Origin: an uncultured Gammaproteobacteria bacterium
GTDB taxonomy: Bacteria > Patescibacteriota > Microgenomatia > Daviesbacterales > UBA10151
Assembly: GCA_964415615.1 (NCBI GenBank)
Contig: CAYQAW010000001.1
Location: 40,593 to 104,592 of the forward strand
Direction of reading: 5' to 3'
Length of the DNA stretch: 64,000 nucleotides
Below, in pieces: positions 47,352 to 58,266 of this stretch. The translations under genes were made by a program, and so were the position numbers. Every line of letters begins with the position of its first letter. Position 1 is the first letter of the stretch. The notes beneath the pieces were generated by a model. That model was given only the letters and a program-made list of their open reading frames with translations, ran no database searches and had not been told where the DNA came from.

Positions 47352-47828
47352 TTACCAACGGAAGTGACTGAAGGCCCTATTGGCTTGGGCTGTTTTTTGA
47401 GTATCGTCTTTCTTCTTAATAGCAAGTCCTGTACCATTTGCAGCATCCATCAGCTCTGCTGCCAGTTTTTTATCAAATGAATGATATTCTTTATTGGATT
47501 TGGATTTTGCCCCAGCTAAAATCCACCTTATAGCCAAGGCTTCTTTTCTGTCACCACGGACTTCAACTGGTACCTGATATGATGCTCCTCCAACCCTCCT
47601 AGGTCTTACCTCCATTTTGGGAACAACATTTGCTATGGCTTTTTCAAAAACAGACAAAGGCTCCTGCTTGCTTTGCTCTTTTATTGTCTCAAGAGCTTGA
47701 TAAACTACTTTTTCTGCAATGGTTTTTTTGCCGGAAATCATTAGTTTATTAATAAATCTAGTTATTATCTTTGATCCATAAATTGGATCTGGGGCTAAAA
47801 TTTTTTTTGAGGCTTTTTTGCTTCTCAT
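47352..47828 (-). CDS. rpsG: 30S ribosomal protein S7
   Basis: EVRPRRVGGASYQVP, ANRAFSHFRW. Confidence 0.98.
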   Translation of the reverse strand: MRSKKASKKILAPDPIYGSKIITRFINKLMISGKKTIAEKVVYQALETIKEQSKQEPLSVFEKAIANVVPKMEVRPRRVGGASYQVPVEVRGDRKEALAIRWILAGAKSKSNKEYHSFDKKLAAELMDAANGTGLAIKKKDDTQKTAQANRAFSHFRW

Positions 47829-47830
47829 AT

Positions 47831-48307
47831 TTATGCTGCTCCTACAGCTGGGGCTGATGCAGTTGCTTTAGGTGCTGCTGCCCTAGGTACGGGTCCGCCT
47901 CCTCCTGCCTTTGTACCATATCTGGATCTTCCTTGTTTTCTGCCTACTACCCCTGCTAAATCATACTTTCCTCTGACTAAATGATATTTCACTCCTGGTA
48001 AATCTTTTACCCTTCCACCTCTAACCAGTACTATACCATGCTCTGCCAAAGAATGTCCCTCTCCTTGAATATATGCTGTCACTTCAGTTCTGTTGGAAAG
48101 CCTTACTCTGGCTACTTTTCGGAGAGCCGAGTTAGGTTTTTTAGGAGTCATGGTTTTAACTAAAGTCACCACTCCTCTTTTTTGAGGGTTAAAATCTTGA
48201 GTGTATCTTCGATCTTTGGCATTAAAACCACGCCTTAAGGCTGTTGCTTTAATCTTTCTGGCAGTATTTTTTCGTCCTTTTCTTACTAATTGATTGACTG
48301 TCGGCAT
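47831..48307 (-). CDS. rpsL: 30S ribosomal protein S12 (Ala/Gly-rich C-terminal tail)
   Basis: [30 protein letters not shown]. Confidence 0.98.
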   Translation of the reverse strand: MPTVNQLVRKGRKNTARKIKATALRRGFNAKDRRYTQDFNPQKRGVVTLVKTMTPKKPNSALRKVARVRLSNRTEVTAYIQGEGHSLAEHGIVLVRGGRVKDLPGVKYHLVRGKYDLAGVVGRKQGRSRYGTKAGGGGPVPRAAAPKATASAPAVGAA

Positions 48308-48309
48308 TT

Positions 48310-51300
48310 CTAATTATCTACCTTTGCCCTCTCGTAACTTGTTGGAATCAAACGCCCAATTATAACATTTTCTTTGAGTCCTATTAATTTGTCATCTTTA
48401 CCAGACATCGCAGCATCTGAAAGTATTGATGTAGTTTCTTGGAATGAAGCTGCAGATAAGAAACTTTCTGTTTGCAAAGAAGCTCTAGTTATTCCTAATA
48501 TAACCACCTCTGCTGTGGCTGGTTCACCACCGCTTGCCAAAACCCGTCTATTTTCCTCTTCAAAACGGAGTTTGTCAATAATTTCACCAGGAAGCAAGTT
48601 AGTATCACCCTGGGTTTCTACTCTGACTTTATCAGACATCTTCCTGACAATCACCTCAAAATACTTCTCATTAATAGGCACACCCTGAGATTCATAAACA
48701 GATCTTACTTCATCAACTATGTAGCGTTGTGCAGCCTTCAAACCTTGAATTCTCAAAATTTCTTTGACATCCACATGCCCTGAAGCCAGCACTGTCCCAG
48801 CATCAATCAGTTGTCCTTCTTCTACTAGAAGGGCTGCAGTAGCAGGAATAATGTATTCCCTTTCTTCGTGTGGCTTTTGGGTAGTTTTAACCCTAACCCT
48901 TATCCCCAATTCAGTCTCAACGACTGAAACTTTACCAGCAATCTCAGACATTGGTGATGCAACTTTAGGGGTCCTGGCTTCAAATAACTCTTCTACTCTT
49001 GGTAAACCTTGGGTAATATCTAATCCGATAATCCCTCCTGTGTGGAAAGTACGCATAGTAAGCTGTGTGCCTGGCTCACCGATAGCTTGAGCAGCCACTA
49101 CTCCAACAGGGGTGCCAATTTTAACCAGTTGTCTAGTAGTCAAATCAAAACCATAACAAGCACTACAAATTCCATAACGGGCCTCACAAGTCAAAGGAGA
49201 ACGAGCTGATACTTTTACTACCCCTGCTTTTAGAATTTGAGTTATCGCCACTTCTGCTAGGATCGCACCCTTTTTGATAATTACTTTCCTGCTTTTAGGC
49301 TCTAATATATTCTCTGCAACAACTCTTCCCAGTAGCTTCTCTCTGGCGGTGGTAAAAACATCCTTTAAGATATCAAATTCCAAAAACAGTTCAGTTGCGC
49401 AATCTTCCATCCTGATAATAACATCATGAGCAACATCTACCAACCTTCTGGTCAAGTATCCTGCATCAGCTGTTTTCAAGGCTTTATCTGCTACACCTTT
49501 TCTGGCACCTCTGGCTGAAGTGAAGTATTCAAACACAGATAAACCTTGTCTGTAATTGGATTTCGTAGGCAATTCCACAATCTTACCGGTTGGATCAGTA
49601 GACAAACCCCGCATGGCAGAAAGTTGCTTTGCCTGATCTCTTGAACCTCTAGCGCCTGCTTCAACCATCATTCTGATAGGGTTTTTCATACCCAGATATT
49701 CCCAGGTAGCATTTGCCAACTCTTCTGTCACTTTAATCCAGACCATTTGTGAAAGCTGTGATTTTTCTTGTGGAGTAATTAAACCTTTGGCAGTATTTGC
49801 TTCAATTTTCTCGATTTCCTTTATAGCTCTATCCAAATAAGCCTGTTTATCAGATACAACTTTTGCATCAAAGATAGAAATTGAAATACCGGCAATAGTT
49901 GCCCCCCAGAAGCCAATAGTCTTAATATTATCTATCAGCTCTGTTGCCTTTTCCTTACCTAAAGTTTCCATTGCCCGCAGGATGATGTCACGGATAGTAA
50001 GCCCTTTAATAACTGAATTTATAAATTGCATCTCAGTAGGCAAAACTTGATTAAAAAGTATTCTACCTACCGATGTTTCTATAACTTCACCATTAATCCT
50101 GGTTTGGATTTTTTGTTGAATCCCAATTTTGCCTAAAGTATAAGCCCTAACTGCATCTTCTATGGGTGCAAAGAAGTGCAGTTTCTCACCTTCTGCAACA
50201 TCCTCAAACGAAGTCAAAAAATAACATCCCAAAGCCATTTCCCTATTTGGCACAGTCACTGGCTGAGCATTGGCTGGACTAAAAATATTTTCTCTTGCCA
50301 TCATTAAATTCTTTGCTTCCTCTTGGGCTTTCCCAGATAAAGGCACATGAACTGCCATCTGATCTCCATCAAAATCAGCATTAAATCCTGCGCAAATACA
50401 AGGATGAATAGCAATGGCATTACCATCAACCAGTATTGGGAAAAATGCTTGAATCCCTAATCTATGCAGTGTAGGAGCCCTGTTGATCAGAATTGGATGC
50501 CCTGTAATGATTTCCTCTAAAATATCCCAAACCTCAGAAGACCGAAGCTCCAAAACATTTTTTGCGCCTTTAACATTAGATGCCAAACCTCTGGCAATAA
50601 CTTCCCGCAAAACAAACGGCTTGAACATTTCAAGAGCCATTTCTTTTGGTAACCCGACTTGATCTAGTTTTAATTTTGATCCAACCACGATAACTGATCT
50701 TCCAGAATAATCTACCCTTTTGCCCAATAAATTCTGTCTGAATCTTCCCTGCTTACCCCGTAACATATCTGAGAGGGAACGGAGAATATGAGTAGTAGCA
50801 GGACCTCCCCGTCTTGAAGTCCTGGATGATGCATCTATCAAGCTATCAACAGCTTCTTGTAGCATTCTTTTTTCATTCCGCAAAATTATTTCTGGAGCAC
50901 CCAGATTAATTAGCCTGTTTAAGCGGTTATTTCTATTAATTACTCTTCTGTAAAGATCGTTTAAATCTGAGGTAGCAAATCTTCCTCCTGGCAGTTGCAC
51001 CATAGGTCGAAGGTCTGGGGGTAAAACTGGTAAAACCCGCAGTACTAACCATGCAGCAGAGATGCCAGAAGAACGCATTCCTTCAATCACCCGAAGTCTT
51101 TTTGTAGCCTTGATATGTTTTTGCCCTGTGGACTTTCTGACCTCTTCCCTCAAAGCTGCAGCCATTTTATCCAAATCTAGCTTTTGTAGAACTTCCAAAA
51201 ATGCTTCTGCTCCCATTCCTACCTGAAGAAAATCTGAAACTCCATATTCGAAAAGCTTTGAATATTCATCCTCTGATAGAAGTTTTAAAGCCACAACAGA

Positions 51301-52002
51301 TTTAACTAAATCAGATACAGCTTTAAAAATTCCTTCCAACTGACCAATTTCTACAACTAAATTATCTCTCAACTTTTGGATTTCATGTCTACCTTTTAAC
51401 TCTTTTTCCTGTGCCTCAAGTTCAAATTTTTCCTTTTCCAGTTTCTTTTTAAGACCAGTTACGTCCTTTTTGAGCTGACTTTCAAAATCTTTGATCGTCT
51501 TTTCCAAATTTTCTTTTGCTTGGGAAATTTTTGTTTGTAAATCTTTCTCTAATTTTTCCAGAGCTGCAGTTTTACCAGAGGGATCAATACTAATCACAAT
51601 ATAGGAAGCAAAATATATTACTGCTTCCAAATTTTTGGGTGAAATATCCAGTATCAGGGATAATTTGGAAGGCGCACCTTTGACAAACCAGCTATGAGCC
51701 ACAGGAGAGGCAAGATTAATATGGCCCATTCTTTCTCTTCTGACCTTGCTTTGGGTAACCTCAACTCCGCACTTATCACAAATTACTCCCCGGAATCTAA
51801 TTCTTTTATATTTACCGCAGTAACATTCATAATCTTTAGTAGGCCCAAAGATATTTTCAGAAAACAGTCCATCTTTTTCAGCTTTTAAAGTTCTATAATT
51901 GATAGTTTCTGGTTTTGTAACCTCACCAAAAGACCAATTCCTTATTTGCTCAGGAGAAGCAACTGTGAGTCTTAAACTTTCAAAATCTACTAAATCGTTC
52001 AT
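48310..52002 (-). CDS. rpoC: RNA polymerase beta' subunit
   Basis: [12 protein letters not shown] catalytic motif, zinc-finger cysteines, [13 protein letters not shown]. Confidence 0.99.
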   Translation of the reverse strand: MNDLVDFESLRLTVASPEQIRNWSFGEVTKPETINYRTLKAEKDGLFSENIFGPTKDYECYCGKYKRIRFRGVICDKCGVEVTQSKVRRERMGHINLASPVAHSWFVKGAPSKLSLILDISPKNLEAVIYFASYIVISIDPSGKTAALEKLEKDLQTKISQAKENLEKTIKDFESQLKKDVTGLKKKLEKEKFELEAQEKELKGRHEIQKLRDNLVVEIGQLEGIFKAVSDLVKSVVALKLLSEDEYSKLFEYGVSDFLQVGMGAEAFLEVLQKLDLDKMAAALREEVRKSTGQKHIKATKRLRVIEGMRSSGISAAWLVLRVLPVLPPDLRPMVQLPGGRFATSDLNDLYRRVINRNNRLNRLINLGAPEIILRNEKRMLQEAVDSLIDASSRTSRRGGPATTHILRSLSDMLRGKQGRFRQNLLGKRVDYSGRSVIVVGSKLKLDQVGLPKEMALEMFKPFVLREVIARGLASNVKGAKNVLELRSSEVWDILEEIITGHPILINRAPTLHRLGIQAFFPILVDGNAIAIHPCICAGFNADFDGDQMAVHVPLSGKAQEEAKNLMMARENIFSPANAQPVTVPNREMALGCYFLTSFEDVAEGEKLHFFAPIEDAVRAYTLGKIGIQQKIQTRINGEVIETSVGRILFNQVLPTEMQFINSVIKGLTIRDIILRAMETLGKEKATELIDNIKTIGFWGATIAGISISIFDAKVVSDKQAYLDRAIKEIEKIEANTAKGLITPQEKSQLSQMVWIKVTEELANATWEYLGMKNPIRMMVEAGARGSRDQAKQLSAMRGLSTDPTGKIVELPTKSNYRQGLSVFEYFTSARGARKGVADKALKTADAGYLTRRLVDVAHDVIIRMEDCATELFLEFDILKDVFTTAREKLLGRVVAENILEPKSRKVIIKKGAILAEVAITQILKAGVVKVSARSPLTCEARYGICSACYGFDLTTRQLVKIGTPVGVVAAQAIGEPGTQLTMRTFHTGGIIGLDITQGLPRVEELFEARTPKVASPMSEIAGKVSVVETELGIRVRVKTTQKPHEEREYIIPATAALLVEEGQLIDAGTVLASGHVDVKEILRIQGLKAAQRYIVDEVRSVYESQGVPINEKYFEVIVRKMSDKVRVETQGDTNLLPGEIIDKLRFEEENRRVLASGGEPATAEVVILGITRASLQTESFLSAASFQETTSILSDAAMSGKDDKLIGLKENVIIGRLIPTSYERAKVDN

Positions 52003-55000
52003 TCTGCCTCCTTTACTTCAAAAGAACTGTCAGGAGCTCCCAGCTCTTCTATACTAGCAGTTGATTTCATATCTAGTGCTTCTTCAAGCTGCGCTATTTC
52101 AGTAGTCACTTCTTTACTCTTCTCAGCCTCAGCGACCTCAGTCACTATTTTTGCTCCCAGTGTTTCAACATAAAGTCCCAAGGCTTGCAATTCTTTAACC
52201 AACACCTTAAAAGATTCAGGAATTAAAGCCTGGGGAATATCAATTCCCTTAACAATTGCCTCAAAAGCTTTAGCCCGTCCTACTACATCATCAGATTTTA
52301 TAGTTAACATTTCTTGTAAGATATGCGCAGCTCCATATGCCTCCAAAGCCCACACTTCCATCTCTCCTAATCTTTGCCCTCCCATTTGAGCTTTTCCTCC
52401 CAAAGGCTGTTGAGTAACCAACGAATAAGGACCGGTGGAACGGGCATGAATTTTTTCCTCCACCATGTGAATTAATTTCAGGATATAATTTATACCCACC
52501 ACTACACTGCTTCCAAAAGGTTCCCCTGTTCTTCCGTCAAAAAGTTGTGTCTTACCGTCAGTTGAATACCCTGCTCTTTTTAATTCTTCCATTAATCTCT
52601 CTTCAGGAATCTTTTCAAAAACTGGCGCAGCTATTTTATAACCCAATTGCTTAGCCGCAAATGCCCAGTGTGTTTCTAGTAATTGTCCTAAGTTCATCCT
52701 GGAAAGAACTGATAGAGGAGAGATAATAATATCTATCGGAGTTCCATCAGCCATGTGTGGCATATCTGCAATCGGCACAATTTTGGAAATAACTCCTTTA
52801 TTACCATGGCGGCCTGCCAGTTTATCTCCGGCAGTCACTTTTCGGAGTTGAGCAACTTTTACTTTAATTCTCTGAAGAGTTCCTGTATCAAGCTCGTCTC
52901 CGTCATCTCGGGAAAGTATCTGCACTCCAATGACAGTACCCCGCTCACCATGAGGAATACGTAATGATGTATCTCTGACTTCCTTGGCTTTTTCTCCAAA
53001 AATAGCCCTAAGTAATCTTTCTTCAGCAGTCAACTCTGTTTCACCTTTGGGCTGAACTTTACCAATCAATATATCATTTGGCCTCACTTCTGCCCCAACT
53101 CTAACAATTCCTTTCTCGTCCAAATTAACTAGCGCTTCTTCAGACACATTAGGAATATCCGAAGTTAACTCTTCTGGTCCAAGCTTGGTTTCTACAACAT
53201 CGACTTCATATTCTTCAATATGAATTGAAGTTAACGCATCATCTTTTACTAACCTGTCTGAGATAACAATAGCATCTTCATAACCTAAACCATCAAAGCT
53301 CATATAGGCAATAAGTAAATTTTGACCTAAAGCCAACTCCCCGTTCTCACAAGCTGCGCCATCAATCAAAAGATCGCCTTTTTTCACCTTTTCATCTACC
53401 CCAACTACTGGTGTTTGCGAATAACAAGTTCCTTGAGGAGAGTGGACAAATTTCTTGATTTCGTACTTGATTTCATCCTGCTTAGTTTTCAAAATGAGCT
53501 TTTTCCCATCTACATATTTTATAGTTCCATCTTCCGGAGCTCTAACAACCCTACCCATATTATCAGCTACAATTCTCTCCATACCTGTACCTGAAATTGG
53601 AGCTGTAGGTCTGAGTAAAGGCACTGCCTGACACTGCATTTGGCTACCCATCAAAGCTCTGTTTGCATCATCATTGGCCAAAAATGGAATCAAAGAGGCA
53701 GATGTACCAAAAATCTGCTGGGGTGAAATATCAATTAAGGAAATATCTTTTGCTGTTCCTTCAAAGAAATTACCCTGATATCGGGTTGGCACTCTTTCAT
53801 CTAGAATGAAACCCTTCTCATCGGTATTTACAGTAGCCTCAGTAATATGAAAGTCTTCCTCATCATCGCCTGTAAAATAAATAACTTCATCAGTCACTTG
53901 TGGCTTACCTTTTTGTAGAACTACTTTTCTATAAGGAGTCTCTAAAAACCCATACTCATTTATCCTGGCATAAAGCGCCAGATATGTAACTAGTCCAATA
54001 TTTTGACCTTCAGGAGACCTGATAGGATCAATCCTGCCATATTGAGAGTGATTAATATCGCGTACAGAAAAAGATGCCCTATCTCTGGTAATACCGCCTG
54101 CTCCCATCACAGAAAGTCTCCTTAAATGATCAAGTTCAGATAAAGGATTTACTTGATCTAAAATAGAAGACAGTTGAGAGGAACGGAAAAATTCATTAAT
54201 AGCAGCAATCACTGGCTTGGCATTAATTAAACCACCTGGAGTGACTTCCTGATCAGCTGCTGTCAAACTCATTCTTTCTTTAATAATACGCTCAAGTCTT
54301 AAAACTCCAATTCTGAAAGCATTTTGCTGAACCAACTCACCGGCGCATCTAACACGGCGGTTTGCCAAATGATCTATATCATCCAGTTTACCCTCACCTT
54401 TACTTAATTTAATTAAATATTTTAAAGTAGCAATAATATCTTCTTTGGTTAAAATCCAATTATCGGGGGTATTTGGTATATTCAGACCAAGCCTTTTATT
54501 TATTTTATATCTGCCTACTTTAATTAAGTTGTAACGCCTGGAATTAAAAAACATTCCATCAAGTAGAGCTTTTGCATTATCTAATACTACCGGATCTCCT
54601 GGACGCATCTTTCTAAAAATCTCCAGAAGCGCCTCGTCAGTGTTGGCAGTTGGATCTTTGACTAGAGTTGCATCGATAAATTTGTCTTCTCCATTATCAA
54701 CGTCTTTGAAAAGCTCTACGATTGATTCATTGTCAGAAAATCCTAGAGCCCGGAGTAATGTGGTTGCAGCGAATTTTCTTCTCCTGTCAATCTTAGCTGT
54801 CAAAACTCCACCGCGGGTTATAGAAAACTCCAGCCATGAACCACGGTAAGGACGGATCTCTGCAGAAAATAATCTCCTTCCGGTAATTGGATCATCAGAG
54901 GCTTGGAAAAACACTCCAGGAGAACGGACTAACTGATTAATGATAACTCTCTCAACCCCATTTACGATAAAAGTACCTTTATCTGTCATTTGGGGAATAT

Positions 55001-55340
55001 CACCCAGAAACACATCCTGTTTATATCTTTGTCCTGTTTGCTTATTAATCAGGATTGCTTCAATTTTTAGAGGAGCATCATAAGTAACGCCTTTTTCACG
55101 GGCGATTTCTGCTGTATTTTTAGATTTACCAAAATAAAAGGACCCTAGCTGCAGGGTCCAATTCTTTCCTGTAAAATCTTCCACTGGGGAGATTTCTTCA
55201 AGGACTTCACCAATTCCAGTTTTAAGAAACCAATTATATGAATCAAGTTGAATTTGAATTAAATTAAGTTCTGGAACCAACGCTGGTGCTTTGCTCCAAT
55301 ATTTACGGTTATCTTTTGTATTAGATACGTTCAGTGACAT
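51999..55340 (-). CDS. rpoB: RNA polymerase beta subunit
   Basis: GDKLAGRHGNKG, HARSTGPY, GGQRLGEME. Confidence 0.99.
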   Translation of the reverse strand: MSLNVSNTKDNRKYWSKAPALVPELNLIQIQLDSYNWFLKTGIGEVLEEISPVEDFTGKNWTLQLGSFYFGKSKNTAEIAREKGVTYDAPLKIEAILINKQTGQRYKQDVFLGDIPQMTDKGTFIVNGVERVIINQLVRSPGVFFQASDDPITGRRLFSAEIRPYRGSWLEFSITRGGVLTAKIDRRRKFAATTLLRALGFSDNESIVELFKDVDNGEDKFIDATLVKDPTANTDEALLEIFRKMRPGDPVVLDNAKALLDGMFFNSRRYNLIKVGRYKINKRLGLNIPNTPDNWILTKEDIIATLKYLIKLSKGEGKLDDIDHLANRRVRCAGELVQQNAFRIGVLRLERIIKERMSLTAADQEVTPGGLINAKPVIAAINEFFRSSQLSSILDQVNPLSELDHLRRLSVMGAGGITRDRASFSVRDINHSQYGRIDPIRSPEGQNIGLVTYLALYARINEYGFLETPYRKVVLQKGKPQVTDEVIYFTGDDEEDFHITEATVNTDEKGFILDERVPTRYQGNFFEGTAKDISLIDISPQQIFGTSASLIPFLANDDANRALMGSQMQCQAVPLLRPTAPISGTGMERIVADNMGRVVRAPEDGTIKYVDGKKLILKTKQDEIKYEIKKFVHSPQGTCYSQTPVVGVDEKVKKGDLLIDGAACENGELALGQNLLIAYMSFDGLGYEDAIVISDRLVKDDALTSIHIEEYEVDVVETKLGPEELTSDIPNVSEEALVNLDEKGIVRVGAEVRPNDILIGKVQPKGETELTAEERLLRAIFGEKAKEVRDTSLRIPHGERGTVIGVQILSRDDGDELDTGTLQRIKVKVAQLRKVTAGDKLAGRHGNKGVISKIVPIADMPHMADGTPIDIIISPLSVLSRMNLGQLLETHWAFAAKQLGYKIAAPVFEKIPEERLMEELKRAGYSTDGKTQLFDGRTGEPFGSSVVVGINYILKLIHMVEEKIHARSTGPYSLVTQQPLGGKAQMGGQRLGEMEVWALEAYGAAHILQEMLTIKSDDVVGRAKAFEAIVKGIDIPQALIPESFKVLVKELQALGLYVETLGAKIVTEVAEAEKSKEVTTEIAQLEEALDMKSTASIEELGAPDSSFEVKEAE

Positions 55341-55366
55341 TTGTAGATGGCCTATGGGACAGACTC

Positions 55367-55451
55367 AACAAAAGGAAGCATACGTTATCGTACGCCTCCG
55401 TTTTTTTTATTGAATTAAACTTAATTTACCACAAGTTTGGTAGCACGTCAA
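55367..55451 (-). promoter_or_regulatory. rpoB promoter with leader hairpin
   Basis: TTGACG-17-TAAATT then GGAGGCGUACG-AUAA-CGUAUGCUUCC-UUUUGUU. Confidence 0.6.
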
Positions 55452-55477
55452 GAGGTCAGTTAAAAAAATTTTGATAT

Positions 55478-55861
55478 TTACTGAGTAAATTTAAAAGTGG
55501 AGAGAATTTGATCAATATATGGCTCACTCTTATCTGAAATTTCTAAATGAAGTATTTTCTTATTAACTAAAATATCTATCTGAGCTTTACTTCTTAAAGC
55601 TGGTTTTCCACTCACAGTAATAGATTTAGGTGCTGGAACTAAACTTTTTAAATTTTCATAAATATTTTCATCACCATATATCATAATTCTAAAAACTTCA
55701 TTACCTTCAGTATGCATATTTGTTGTAGGCACTTGTGTTACTCCTGCTTCAAAGAAATTAATATAACTACCCAAAGTATTATCAGGTATTTGATCTATCA
55801 ACCAATTAGGAGGATATTTAAAACTAAATCTAAAAGTATTATCAGTATATGTTTTCCATTT
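55478..55861 (-). pseudogene. 5'-truncated member of the CPR WKTY...YP..W / DQILSTFKF surface-protein family
   Basis: Frame extends upstream of the called start as KWKTYTDNTFRFSFKYPPNWLIDQ up to an in-frame TAA, with no ATG or TM leader. Confidence 0.6.
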
Positions 55862-55929
55862 TTATCTTCAAGATACCATACCCATACATGTGTACGATCG
55901 TCTTAATGTATGTCCATTCAAAATGGAAA

Positions 55930-56292
55930 TTAAATTAGTCCAAAATATTTTTTGGCTTCCTGCTCATCTTTTTTCATTTGTTTTATTAACTCCTCAGCAG
56001 AATTAAATTTTTGATTGTTTCTGATTTTTTTTATTAGACTAACAGAAATCCATTTACCATAGATATCTTTATTAAAATCCAATATAAAAGTTTCTGCAAG
56101 GAATTTTTTCTCATTAAAAGTTTTAGCCATGCCAATAAAAGTAAGTGAAGGGTATAAAACACCGTTTAGTTTAGTTTTGGAAATATATATTCCTACAGAA
56201 ATATCTTTTGTTAAATTAACATTAGCTGTAGGAAACCCTAATTTTTTTCCCCTCTGATTATGTTTTCTTACCTTCCCCCAAAATTTATTCAT
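55930..56292 (-). CDS. Stand-alone riboflavin kinase (C-terminal domain of RibF)
   Basis: RGKKLGFPTAN, ETFILDF..DIYG, IR..QKF. Confidence 0.88.
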   Translation of the reverse strand: MNKFWGKVRKHNQRGKKLGFPTANVNLTKDISVGIYISKTKLNGVLYPSLTFIGMAKTFNEKKFLAETFILDFNKDIYGKWISVSLIKKIRNNQKFNSAEELIKQMKKDEQEAKKYFGLI

Positions 56293-57254
56293 GGGTTATT
56301 GGCTACATTTTGATTATGTTCTTCTAAAGTTTTGCCGTAATATGAGTTGCCTTTTGAGTCATGGTAATAATATAAATAAGGGGTGTTTAAATCAGCATTG
56401 GCCACAGCTTCAAGCGAGGCTAAACCAGGATTGGAAATTGGGGTTGGAGGCAAACCAGCATGCAAGTAAGTATTATATGGCGAGTCAACTTGAAAATCAT
56501 CTTTACTCAAATTCCTTTTCCACCAGCTTTTTTCCTGAAGTTGATACCCTAAAGCATATTGAATTGTAGCATCTGCATTCAGTCCCATATCTATTTTTAA
56601 TCTTTTAAGCAGAATGCTTGCTATTTCTGTTCTTACCTTTGCAGACCTTGCTTCCCGTTCAACAATAGAAGCTAAAATAATCCCTTGAGTCTCAGTAAGC
56701 CCTTTGGAACGGATTTGGGAACGCAAAGCGTCTGTAAAACGGTTATCAAAAGTTTTTCTCAAAGTATCAGTTATATATCCTACTGAAGCCTCTTTAGGAA
56801 AAAGGTATGTATCAGGAAACATGTAACCTTCTTTTGCCAATTCCAAAAATTTTGAATTTTGAATTTTGAATTTTGAATTTAATTCTTCTGCCATTTCTTC
56901 AACACGCCAACCCTCTATTAAAGTAACCCAAATATCCTCACTGCCTGTTTTCAAAGTTTTTACCAATTCCTGCACAGACATAGAAGGAGAAAGCTTAAAT
57001 GAACCTGCCTGAAGCTTATCTGTCAAATTATTTTGTTTGATATAAATCTTAAAAGCTAATTCTGATTTGATAAGATTATCTTCCTTTAACTTTTTAGCAA
57101 TTCCAGATACCCCGGTGCCTTTTTCAATTACAAAAACCTTAGTTGATTTATCAGAAGATACAGATCCCAATTGGCCATTCCACCAATTTTTACTTAAAAA
57201 AAATATAGCCATCAAAAAAATAAAAAACCAGATTATCCTTTTCATTTTTTTCAT
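56289..57254 (-). CDS. mltG: Endolytic transglycosylase MltG
   Basis: EGYMFPDTY, LASIVERE, DSPYNTY..GLPPTPISNPG. Confidence 0.95.
   Translation of the reverse strand: MKKMKRIIWFFIFLMAIFFLSKNWWNGQLGSVSSDKSTKVFVIEKGTGVSGIAKKLKEDNLIKSELAFKIYIKQNNLTDKLQAGSFKLSPSMSVQELVKTLKTGSEDIWVTLIEGWRVEEMAEELNSKFKIQNSKFLELAKEGYMFPDTYLFPKEASVGYITDTLRKTFDNRFTDALRSQIRSKGLTETQGIILASIVEREARSAKVRTEIASILLKRLKIDMGLNADATIQYALGYQLQEKSWWKRNLSKDDFQVDSPYNTYLHAGLPPTPISNPGLASLEAVANADLNTPYLYYYHDSKGNSYYGKTLEEHNQNVANNP
56848..56880. repeat. (AATTTTG)x4 heptamer array inside mltG
   Basis: Perfect tandem array; encodes NSKFKIQNSKF. Confidence 0.88.
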
Positions 57255-57628
57255 ATATTATCTAAATAATTTTGTAATATTTCTGCAGCTGAAAAATCAT
57301 CTTCATAACGGCGTTTTTTTCTTCCTCTGCCTTGGTCAATCATTGCCTGTAAAGCTTTTTTACTAGATAATGTCTCATCAGCAGTTACTACATCAAATCT
57401 CATTTTTTTTAAGGCATTAATAAATCCAGTCACATTTTTGCCCATTTTTCCTTCTGGTAAACCTACAACTATTTTTTGAAATCCACCATCTTTTATCACT
57501 TGTGAAGTTTTTTCTACAGCATCAGAAAAATTTTTAACCTCTATAATCTGCCAGGGGGAAACAAATTCACCTTCTGATATAGCCAAACCAATTCTTCTTT
57601 GACCAAAATCTACTCCTAAATACTTCAT
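57251..57628 (-). CDS. ruvX: YqgF/RuvX family RNase-H-fold nuclease
   Basis: LGVDFGQRRIGLAIS, VVGLP, DETLSS, AAEILQNYLD. Confidence 0.92.
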   Translation of the reverse strand: MKYLGVDFGQRRIGLAISEGEFVSPWQIIEVKNFSDAVEKTSQVIKDGGFQKIVVGLPEGKMGKNVTGFINALKKMRFDVVTADETLSSKKALQAMIDQGRGRKKRRYEDDFSAAEILQNYLDNI

Positions 57629-58266
57629 ATCATCTTACCCAAAACTACTAATCTCTTAAGATTTAAACCAGGTGGCACACAAGTCATCAAAGAAATATAT
57701 CTTCCCTGATCTTCTGGTGATTGCAATACTGATAAATCTGAAGGATCAACTATTTTAAATCCAACAACTTCATAAATAAATTTTGTTCCAGGAGTTTCGA
57801 TAATTATTTGATCTCCTTTTTTTAAATCAGGTAATTTAGAAAAAGGCACACTCTTTACTGCAAGAAATTGGCTTAAAGCAGAATGACCGGAAATAAATAA
57901 ATTACCCTTTTCTCCTGGCAAAGCAGAACCAGGAAGTTGGGCTAAGCCTTTTGATAAATCGTTAGTATCCACAAAGACATCTGTTTTATTTATTTTAAGA
58001 GCTGGAATAGACAAGTTAAACCTATCATAATTAGGCTGAGTTTCGCGTTTAAGAGAAGAAATAAATGCAGAAAAACTATCTTTATTTTGAACTGAAATCC
58101 CTAAAACTTCTTTCGTTGATTTTATAGGACTGATTAAAATCTGGTTCTGATATTGTTGTCCTAGCTGCCAAATTTGGAATGATATTACTGGTAAAATTAC
58201 CTGCATCAGAATAAAAACCCCAATCGCTAAAAATCCTACAGAGATAAATTTTGAGATGGCTATCAT
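57625..58266 (-). CDS. Sortase
   Basis: N-terminal TM, GNLFISGH (His), SLMTC (Cys), KRLVV (Arg). Confidence 0.9.
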   Translation of the reverse strand: MIAISKFISVGFLAIGVFILMQVILPVISFQIWQLGQQYQNQILISPIKSTKEVLGISVQNKDSFSAFISSLKRETQPNYDRFNLSIPALKINKTDVFVDTNDLSKGLAQLPGSALPGEKGNLFISGHSALSQFLAVKSVPFSKLPDLKKGDQIIIETPGTKFIYEVVGFKIVDPSDLSVLQSPEDQGRYISLMTCVPPGLNLKRLVVLGKMI

